Origin: an uncultured Myxococcaceae bacterium
GTDB lineage: Bacteria > Myxococcota_A > Polyangia > Polyangiales > Ga0077539
Assembly: GCA_964447205.1 (NCBI GenBank)
Contig: CAYUSB010000004.1
Span: 51,799 to 115,798, forward strand
DNA: 64,000 nt
Direction of reading: 5' to 3'
In this document: one piece after another, positions 57,413-64,000 of the stretch
Numbering within the stretch: position 1 is the first letter of the stretch
Layout: every line of letters begins with the position of its first letter
Position numbers and translations under genes: made by a program
The notes under the pieces: generated by a model
The model's database searches: none
What the model saw: the letters and a program-made list of their open reading frames with translations, nothing else
What the model was told of the DNA's origin: nothing

Positions 57413-58596
57413 CCCGCGTTGTCCCTGCCTTGGGCCTGGCCGTGTGGCTGTGCGGCCTCCCCGCGTGGGCGCAGCTCTATCGCAACGGCCCTGCGCCACG
57501 GGAACGCCCCCAGGCGCTGCAACCCATGCCTGTGCAGGAGGAGGCCCCGCCCGTCGCGTCTGAGCCGACCGCGCCGGTCGAGGTCGGGGCCGGGCGAAGC
57601 GGGTCGCCGGTGTACGACGGGGGTCGGCTTTCACTCAGCCTGATGGCGAGCAACGCGTTCGGCGCGGGGACCCGGATCGAGTTCAACTATCCCATCGCGC
57701 GCAGGTTGTTCGGCGGCAACAACGCCCTCTCCCTTGGGACCGGGCTCAGCTTCTTTCCGAACGCCGCGTACGAGTCGAGCGGCTGTTACCCCTCCTACCC
57801 GGGGGCGTGCTCGTCCGATGGCATGGCCGTGGGACTCTCGGCGGGCATGGGCTGGCGTTTTGGAGTGGGCGATCACGTCGAACTCGGTCCCCGCACCGCC
57901 CTCGTGCTCTGGGTCGCAGGGGACAGCGCCCTGACCCTGCTCGCGGGCTTCGGCGCGAGCGTGAGGCCCTGGCGGGAGGGGAGCTTTCGGATCTTCTTCG
58001 ACCTCGACTTCGGCCATGCAGACCGATTGGGGGGCGGGCTGGTGTTGTTCGGCCTGGGCATCGGCTGGCAGGTGGGAGGGCTGCCCGACGCGCCCCGCGC
58101 GGCCCCAACGCAGCGCCCTGCCCTGAGCCTGGGGGCGAACACAGGCACCGCGCCCGCGCCCGCGCCGACCGAGGGCCCGGCGGTGCACACGGGGTGGCGC
58201 TGGACCCTGAGCGGCCAGTGGGCCGACGACCTCTACGGCCTCGGGGCCCGCACGGGACTGAGCCTGCCGCTCTCCAACAACGTCCTGTCCAACTCGAGCG
58301 CGATCACCCTGGGGTTCGAGGTGGGATACTTCGAGAAGTCAGAGACATGGACGGCTTCGGCCTTGCTCGGTTGGCGCTTCGGGCTCGGGGACCACTTCGA
58401 GATCGGTCCACGGCTGGGTGTCGGCTTCTGGGGACTGGGCCGGCGAGAGACCCTGATCGTGACGGCGGGCACGAGCCTCGGCATCCGCCCGTCGGTCCAC
58501 AGCGGATTTCGTATCGTGATCGACGCTGATTTCTCCAGGTGGCACGGTCGGCGCGACGTATTGGCCTTCGCGGCGGGCCTGGGGTACGCGTTTTGA
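57409..58596 (+). CDS. secreted protein with internally duplicated domain (possible OM beta-barrel), hypothetical
   Basis: ATGA overlap with the upstream gene. Signal MTRVVPALGLAVWLCGLPAWAQ. Two copies of ~110-aa module (…GMGWRFGVGDHVELGPRTALVLWVAGD… / …LLGWRFGLGDHFEIGPRLGVGFWGLG…). Ends in Y-A-F, a beta-barrel-like terminus. Confidence 0.45.
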   Translation: MTRVVPALGLAVWLCGLPAWAQLYRNGPAPRERPQALQPMPVQEEAPPVASEPTAPVEVGAGRSGSPVYDGGRLSLSLMASNAFGAGTRIEFNYPIARRLFGGNNALSLGTGLSFFPNAAYESSGCYPSYPGACSSDGMAVGLSAGMGWRFGVGDHVELGPRTALVLWVAGDSALTLLAGFGASVRPWREGSFRIFFDLDFGHADRLGGGLVLFGLGIGWQVGGLPDAPRAAPTQRPALSLGANTGTAPAPAPTEGPAVHTGWRWTLSGQWADDLYGLGARTGLSLPLSNNVLSNSSAITLGFEVGYFEKSETWTASALLGWRFGLGDHFEIGPRLGVGFWGLGRRETLIVTAGTSLGIRPSVHSGFRIVIDADFSRWHGRRDVLAFAAGLGYAF

Positions 58597-58657
58597 GCCG
58601 ACGTCGGCTCTGCGACGGGGTTGACCGTGGCGCGGGGTTGCTGGCAGGGTCCGCGGC

Positions 58658-59686
58658 GTGGCGCGAGGGCTTTGGGTGATGGTGGGCGCGCTGTGTCTCG
58701 CCGCGGAGGCAGGGGCACAACCTCATCCGCCGCCCGTCCTCACGGTCACGTCAACCCCCTCCGGATGCCCCACCGCGCTCGAACTGCGGCAGCGATTCGC
58801 GGCCCGATTCTCCGTCGATCCCTTCGCGATGCCTCAGCGCGCAGAGGCTCCTCCCCTCGGCGAGGTGGTGGTGCGCTTCTGGCAGACCGGGCCCCGGGGG
58901 TTCCGCGCGACGCTCTCGCTTCCGCCCGGCGAGGCGACCCAGGGGTTTGGCCCCGCGGCGGACTGCGATGCCGTGGTCGATCGCATGCTGGGATACATCC
59001 GTTCGCTCTTTCGCTCGACCTTGTACCTGTCCTCTCCGCCACCCCCGCCACCCCCTCCGCCTCCCTCGCTTCCCTCGCCTCCTCCCCTTCCATCACGCCC
59101 GCCAGAACCGTCCCCGCCGTCGCCCCCGTCGCCTCCGCCGCCCCTGTCGCCCCGTGGTTTCGCCCTGCGCCTCGGCGGGGGCGTGACCCTCGTAGGGATG
59201 CCCTCTCCGGCCGGCCTCGGGCAGCTCGTGGTGTCGTACGAGACCGCCCGGTGGGCCCTGGGGGGGCGGCTGGAGGTGGGGAGCACGGTGTTGGGAGAGC
59301 GTGTGCAGGTCGGCGGGGCGTCGGGGGCCGTGTCGGTGCAGCGGTCGGGGGCCGTGCTCGAGGGCTGTCGGTCGGTCGACCTGTGGGCGGCGGGCCTCGG
59401 GCTCTGCGCGGTCGTCGGCGGGGCGTGGCTGCGCGGGGCCTTCCGCGGCGACGGGGACCATCCCGCGGTGGGGCAGCGGTTTGCGCTCGACCTGGGCCTG
59501 CTCGCGCGGGTGACCTGGCCCGCCCGAGGGCGGCTGGGGCTGTGGGGGGCCGGCGCAATGGGGGCCCTCGTGCCTGCCCCGGAGTGGACCGGGATCGACC
59601 TGCCGGGCACTGGGGCGCGGAGGGTGCTGTTCGAGCGGAGTATGATCGCCGTCATGTTGTCGGCGGGGGTGGTCGTTCGGCTGTAG
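58658..59686 (+). CDS. secreted hypothetical protein with Pro-rich linker
   Basis: Signal MARGLWVMVGALCLAAEAGAQ. (P)n / SPPSPP linker at 59030-59160. Gly/Ala-rich C-terminal domain. Confidence 0.4.
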   Translation: MARGLWVMVGALCLAAEAGAQPHPPPVLTVTSTPSGCPTALELRQRFAARFSVDPFAMPQRAEAPPLGEVVVRFWQTGPRGFRATLSLPPGEATQGFGPAADCDAVVDRMLGYIRSLFRSTLYLSSPPPPPPPPPPSLPSPPPLPSRPPEPSPPSPPSPPPPLSPRGFALRLGGGVTLVGMPSPAGLGQLVVSYETARWALGGRLEVGSTVLGERVQVGGASGAVSVQRSGAVLEGCRSVDLWAAGLGLCAVVGGAWLRGAFRGDGDHPAVGQRFALDLGLLARVTWPARGRLGLWGAGAMGALVPAPEWTGIDLPGTGARRVLFERSMIAVMLSAGVVVRL

Positions 59687-59717
59687 AGGTTGTGTTCGCC
59701 CGTCCCGAGAGGTCACC

Positions 59718-60905
59718 ATGAGCCCCAACTTCCCTGGCGCCCTCGCCGCGTCTCCCACCCCCTGGACCCTTCGACCGACGGACGCCCTGGAGGTCCGGTG
59801 GGTGCTCACCGTCAACGCCGTCAACACGCTGGCCTGGCTGACGGACCAGGCACGGTGTTCTCGGGGGTGCCACGATGCCGAACTGGCCAACGAGACCTGG
59901 ATGCGCGCGATCGTGTCGAGCGAGAAGTACGATCCGAAGCGGGGCGCGTTGGGGCAATGGCTGAAGAGTCTGATGCGCGGGGTCTGCCTCGACGCCCACC
60001 GTCGCAGGGGCCGTGGGGGACGCCTCGAGACGGTGGCGCACGGCGACATGTCGGAGTTTGCCCAGGGGGACGGTCTCGACCCGGAGCGCGAGGTCGCGCT
60101 GCGGGAGGGGCTCGGGTACGCCGTCGAGGACCTCGACCCGCGCTCGATCCGGCTCCTGTTCGCAGACGAACTCGAGTCCAAGAGTCTGGAGGAGCTGGCC
60201 CAGGAGCTCGGGCTGGCCGTGTCGTCTGTGTACATGGCCCGCACCCGCGCGAAGGCTCAGGCGAGGCCCCGGCGGGAGCACGTGTTCGCGCTCCTGCCGC
60301 TTCTGTTTGGGGGCGGGACCGAAGGGCGTTCGGCCCGTCAGGAGCTGTGGGCCTGGATCACCTCGGGCTGGCGGGCCGTATCCCTGGGGGTCACGGCGTT
60401 GGCGCTCACCGCGGGAGGGGCCTTCCATCTCGGCCAGCAGTCGGGGAGGCGCCCGCCGCAGGAGACGCGTCCTACGGTCGTCGCGGCGCGGCCCGCGGTG
60501 GTGGAGACCGTGCCGAGGTCCGAAGCCGCGTTGGTCCCGACCGTGGTGGGCTCCGCGCCTCCGGCGGCGGTTCGGTCGTCGCCCGAACTCGTCGTCGACC
60601 CGGCTGTTCGGTCCGTGTCGCGCCCTTCGGGGGCGGAGTCTGCGCGGGCTGCCCGCGTCCTGATCGACGAGGCCGAAGGGCTGTTTGGCGCGCACCCGGC
60701 CGAGGCCCTGCGTCGCGCCGAACAGGCTGCCCGGGTGGCTCCGCGCGTCGACGAAGACCGTCGGGAGTCGCTGCGTTGCGTGGCCCTCGGTCGTCTCCAC
60801 CGCGACGCCGAGGCCGCCGCGTGTGCGCGCGATTTCCAACGCCGCTGGCCCCGGAGCCCGTTGGCCTCGCAGGTCGCCGCCCTGCGCCCGTCGAGCGCAC
60901 CGTGA
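59718..60905 (+). CDS. RNA polymerase sigma-70 factor, ECF family, with long C-terminal extension (TM + ~190-aa domain)
   Basis: Region-2-like N-terminus. Region 4 HTH …SLEELAQELGLAVSSVYMARTRAKAQ…. Then TM (WAWITSGWRAVSLGVTALALTAGGAF) and an Ala/Arg-rich C-terminal domain resembling a fused anti-sigma. Its stop overlaps the next gene's start (GTGA). Confidence 0.6.
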   Translation: MSPNFPGALAASPTPWTLRPTDALEVRWVLTVNAVNTLAWLTDQARCSRGCHDAELANETWMRAIVSSEKYDPKRGALGQWLKSLMRGVCLDAHRRRGRGGRLETVAHGDMSEFAQGDGLDPEREVALREGLGYAVEDLDPRSIRLLFADELESKSLEELAQELGLAVSSVYMARTRAKAQARPRREHVFALLPLLFGGGTEGRSARQELWAWITSGWRAVSLGVTALALTAGGAFHLGQQSGRRPPQETRPTVVAARPAVVETVPRSEAALVPTVVGSAPPAAVRSSPELVVDPAVRSVSRPSGAESARAARVLIDEAEGLFGAHPAEALRRAEQAARVAPRVDEDRRESLRCVALGRLHRDAEAAACARDFQRRWPRSPLASQVAALRPSSAP

Positions 60906-62302
60906 GGGTCTTGTGGCTCGCCGCGCTGGGGTTGGGATGCACCGTCCAGATCGACGTGATCGCGGTCCCCTTCGACGTCGGCGTGCGGCTCGATGCGTCC
61001 GAGGTGGAGGCCGACGCGCAGCCTGGCGATCTCCCCGCGGGCGACGGGGCCCCGACGACCCCCGACGCGCCTCCCACGAGCGAGCTCCCCGTCGGCTGCG
61101 AAGACGGCCGGGTGCGCTGCGGAGGGGCCTGCGTGCGGACCGACCGTGACCCCGCCCACTGCGGCGACTGCGGCCGAGCCTGCCGCGCGGGGGTGGGCTG
61201 CACCGAGGGCCGCTGCGACGACGCGGTGATTGATCTCGCATTGGGCGAGAGCCATCTGTGCGCCCTTCGCGGCAACGGGGAGGTGGCGTGTTGGGGCAAC
61301 AACGACTTCGGCCAGTTGGGGGACGGCTCGATCAACAATCGGGCCGTCCCGACCCCGGTGATGGGGATCTTCGGGGCCCGTCACGTCGACGTGCGACAGT
61401 CGCACTCCTGCGTGGTCGCCACCGCCGCGCGCGAGCTGCTCTGTTGGGGCAACAATAGCCGCGGTCAGCTCGGCAACGGGGGCCGTGACGACTCGGTGTT
61501 GCCGGTCCTCGTGACCGGGTCGCGGGGTGCGACGACGGTGTCGATCGGCCAGGAGTTCAGTTGTTTTGCGGCGGGACAGGTGTGGTGCTGGGGCGACAAC
61601 GCGCAGGGCCAGTTGGGCGACGGGACCCTGATGCCCCGTCGGCTGGCGGGGCCCGTGGCCGACCTCGACATGGTGGCCGAGGTCGCCGCGGGGGGCACCC
61701 ACGCCTGCGCCCTGCGAGACGGACGGGTATACTGCTGGGGCGAGGGACACGATGGCAGGCTCGGCCAGGGGGAGGGGGCCATGTTGCGGGCCACGCGCCC
61801 CGTCGAGGTGCCGGGGCTACGGGGCGTGGCCCAACTCGCGGTGGGGGCGTATCACGCCTGCGCGCGGGTTCGGGGCGATGGGGTGTGGTGCTGGGGCTCC
61901 AACAACAACGGACAGCTCGGCGACGGCACCTTCGTCAGCCGCGGGGCGCCCACCCGGGTGGCCGAACCCGAGCTGCTGGAGGCCAAGTGGATCGTGGCTG
62001 CCCCCGGCGGGTTTCACACCTGCGCCCTCGATGGCCGGGGTGGCCTGTGGTGCTGGGGCAACAACGAAGGGGGCCAGGTGGGCGACGGCTCGACGGCGAT
62101 CCGGGTGCCCCTGCCCGCCCGGGTGCGTGTGCCCGCCGAGGCCGAGCCCATGGAGCGCATCCGCCTCGGCGCGCAGGCCTCGTGCTCGATCTCAGCCCGC
62201 GACGGAGGCGTCTGGTGTTGGGGGCAGCTCGGTTGGATCTTGCCGAGCGCGGGTGTGGGGGCGCAACGTACCCCGCGGAGGCTTCCATGGTTTGGTCCGT
62301 GA
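60902..62302 (+). CDS. RCC1/ATS1-repeat beta-propeller lipoprotein with one N-terminal myxobacterial Cys-rich module
   Basis: GTG 60902. WLAALGLGC lipobox. …CGGACVRTDRDPAHCGDCGRACRAGVGCTEGRC… is a single disulfide repeat. Seven RCC1 repeats follow (…CWGNNDFGQLGDGS…, …CWGNNSRGQLGNGG…, …CWGDNAQGQLGDGT…, …CWGEGHDGRLGQGE…, …CWGSNNNGQLGDGT…, …CWGNNEGGQVGDGS…). Confidence 0.75.
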   Translation: MRVLWLAALGLGCTVQIDVIAVPFDVGVRLDASEVEADAQPGDLPAGDGAPTTPDAPPTSELPVGCEDGRVRCGGACVRTDRDPAHCGDCGRACRAGVGCTEGRCDDAVIDLALGESHLCALRGNGEVACWGNNDFGQLGDGSINNRAVPTPVMGIFGARHVDVRQSHSCVVATAARELLCWGNNSRGQLGNGGRDDSVLPVLVTGSRGATTVSIGQEFSCFAAGQVWCWGDNAQGQLGDGTLMPRRLAGPVADLDMVAEVAAGGTHACALRDGRVYCWGEGHDGRLGQGEGAMLRATRPVEVPGLRGVAQLAVGAYHACARVRGDGVWCWGSNNNGQLGDGTFVSRGAPTRVAEPELLEAKWIVAAPGGFHTCALDGRGGLWCWGNNEGGQVGDGSTAIRVPLPARVRVPAEAEPMERIRLGAQASCSISARDGGVWCWGQLGWILPSAGVGAQRTPRRLPWFGP

Positions 62303-64000
62303 AGACCCGGCTCCTCGCGGGGACACTCGGGTTGATTGGGGTGTGTGCGTCACCCGAGGTTGATGCCCAGCGCATCTGCGCGGGCGCCACGGTGCTGCGC
62401 GATGGCGCCCTGGACGAGGACGAGTGGATCGGGCTCACGGGGTCGCTCACGCAGAACAACCTCGCGGTGCAGTGCATCCGCGTCGGGTTTCACCTCGACC
62501 TGTGGCTGCGGCTCGACGACGCCCTGCGGCGCGGCCCGGGCGAGCGTACGCTCTTCGAGGTCTGGCGCGAGTCGCTGCGACGGTACCGCCAGCGGGGCGT
62601 GACCCAGGTGTTGATGCACCTGCCGCCCGAGGCCACCGGGAACACCTGGGCCACGCTACAGACCCCCGCGGGGCGGGCCCAGTATCTGGCGGGGCTGGAG
62701 CGGATTCTCACGGAGTTTCGTGGGCTCGTCGACCTCGTCGAGTTGCCCGAGCAGGCCAACGCCCGGGGGACAGGGACGGCCCCGCGGATGTCCCCCGCCG
62801 ACTACGTCGACCTCGTCGCGGGGGCGGAGAACGTGCGGCGGAGGGTTCCGTTTCAGCAGCCTGCGCGGTGTGGACCGCCGCAGGTAGCGGCGGGCGCATT
62901 GCTCGTGCACCACGGAAAGGTCCCGGTCGCGCAGCACGGGTACCTCTATCTCCGCGCAGCCCTGGAGGCCGCTGCGTCCAACCCGCAGTGGATGGCCCTG
63001 CGGCGGGCTGGCAGCCGGGTGATGGATCACCTCGCGGTGCAGGAGTACTTCCGCGTGTCGAGCCAACCCGCGGTCGATCACGGCAACGCGGGGTTGGGCG
63101 GCGTCGACCTGTTTGCCGAGGAGCTTCGGCGCTACTACGGCCCGGAGCGCGGCGAGCATCCCCGGCTGTGGATCACGGGGGTAGGCTCCAGCACCGACGA
63201 CTCCCAGCGGCAGTACTTCTGGCAGGGCAGCTACATCCGCAACACGATGCGCTACGTGATGGAGTCGCCGGAGTGTCCTCCCGTCGAGGCGGTGACCTTC
63301 ACCGAGATGCTCGACGATCGCGACCCGGACGCCTTCTGGGGCCTACACCGCGGGAGCCGTTGGGAGACCGCGGTCGCGCGCCATGGCTACGTGGTGTTTG
63401 CCAACGAGTGGGCGGTGCGCCGCCCGGTGCTCTCCGCCCGGATGACCTTCACCGATCTGCTGGGCGTCACCCTCGGCCCGGGCCACACCCGCCACGTCGG
63501 TCTGCGCATCTGGAACATGGGCCCAAGCCTCGACAGCACCCCGCGCTGGGACGCCACCTGGGGGCTGACGATCGCCCAGGCAGAGGGCTGTCCCTTCGCC
63601 GCGGGCGAGATCAACGGGGTGCGTTGGGTCGCGGCCGGCCCCCCCGGTGTGATGCCCGGCATCATCGTCGGGCGGAGTCTGCCGTTTCGTCCCAGCCCCG
63701 CGCTCATCCCGACCGCGGCGCGGACCGTGGAGATCGAGATCGAGGCCCCGTCGACGCCAGGTCAGTACCTCATGGCCGCCCAGATGTACGACCCCGATGC
63801 GGGCTTCTTCGGCAACGCGGCCACCCTGAGCGTCACCGTGGTCGCTGACGCGGGACCGCAAGACACCGGGGCCCCGGAAGGGGGGATGGCCGACGCGGGG
63901 CTGGCCGACGCAGGTGCCGCGGAGGCGGGAACGGTCGACGCGGGTACGGTCGACGCGGGTACGGTCGACGCGGGTACGGTCGACGCGGGTACGGTCGACG
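62287..64000 (+). CDS. secreted hypothetical protein (possible glycoside-hydrolase-like TIM barrel), 3'-truncated by window end
   Basis: ATG 62287 (MVWSVKTRLLAGTLGLIGVCASPEVDAQ is a signal). Open to the end of the window, so it is not in the ORF track; track ORF 62424..63848 is a different, rejected frame. Terminal 15-bp tandem repeats GCGGGTACGGTCGAC x≥4 encode (AGTVD)n. Confidence 0.4.
   Translation, partial: MVWSVKTRLLAGTLGLIGVCASPEVDAQRICAGATVLRDGALDEDEWIGLTGSLTQNNLAVQCIRVGFHLDLWLRLDDALRRGPGERTLFEVWRESLRRYRQRGVTQVLMHLPPEATGNTWATLQTPAGRAQYLAGLERILTEFRGLVDLVELPEQANARGTGTAPRMSPADYVDLVAGAENVRRRVPFQQPARCGPPQVAAGALLVHHGKVPVAQHGYLYLRAALEAAASNPQWMALRRAGSRVMDHLAVQEYFRVSSQPAVDHGNAGLGGVDLFAEELRRYYGPERGEHPRLWITGVGSSTDDSQRQYFWQGSYIRNTMRYVMESPECPPVEAVTFTEMLDDRDPDAFWGLHRGSRWETAVARHGYVVFANEWAVRRPVLSARMTFTDLLGVTLGPGHTRHVGLRIWNMGPSLDSTPRWDATWGLTIAQAEGCPFAAGEINGVRWVAAGPPGVMPGIIVGRSLPFRPSPALIPTAARTVEIEIEAPSTPGQYLMAAQMYDPDAGFFGNAATLSVTVVADAGPQDTGAPEGGMADAGLADAGAAEAGTVDAGTVDAGTVDAGTVDAGTVD

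Noticed and set aside
62424-63848. 474-aa ORF in the track
   Set aside because: This is an alternative frame of the secreted-protein gene starting at 62287. Its translation is Arg/Pro/Gly-rich low complexity, whereas the 62287 frame gives a signal peptide and globular-looking sequence.

Overview
This is a ~70% GC window, most consistent with a myxobacterial (Myxococcota) chromosome. Coding density is high and every ORF shows strong GC3 bias. Because of that bias, many long antisense or out-of-frame ORFs in the six-frame track are artefacts; those I rejected are listed separately.

The core content is housekeeping:
- aldo/keto reductase, GNAT acetyltransferase, transaldolase
- the TldD/PmbA protease pair plus a VWA protein
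- a eukaryotic-like Ser/Thr kinase and a Na/Pi symporter
- a complete cell-elongation cluster, mreB-mreC-mreD-mrdA(PBP2)-rodA
- C-N hydrolase, OPT oligopeptide transporter, beta-carbonic anhydrase, SDR, and an NDP-sugar dehydrogenase-like protein

Accessory and lineage-specific content is spread through the window:
- Three myxobacterial Cys-rich ('CGxCGxxC') repeat lipoproteins: a partial one at 1-1401 (-), a 745-aa one at 50917-53154 that ends in a PPC-like domain, and an RCC1 beta-propeller at 60902-62302 carrying a single such module.
- A clear bacterial homologue of the eukaryotic major vault protein (MVP) at 32513-35275. It appears to be operonic with a beta-carbonic anhydrase and a BNR/Asp-box propeller protein. 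This is the most striking feature of the window.
- A stand-alone PEP-utilising-enzyme 'mobile domain' protein in which the phospho-histidine is replaced by Asp.
- A pair of GT39/ArnT-like membrane glycosyltransferases joined by a GTGA overlap.
- A PQQ/BamB-like propeller, a TolB-like propeller, and a CxxCH-containing copper-monooxygenase (PHM/DBH)-like lipoprotein.
- An ECF sigma factor with a long C-terminal extension, translationally coupled to the RCC1 lipoprotein.
- An apparently accessory stretch at 41.2-48.5 kb, which holds:
  - an Rpn/PD-(D/E)XK-like gene with a duplicated 3' end and a paralogue remnant
  - a degenerate 43-bp x4 tandem array and two kinase-fold (APH-like) genes
  - a small YraN-like nuclease
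- A 23-bp inverted-repeat element at 26358-26533.

I found no rRNA, tRNA or CRISPR array.
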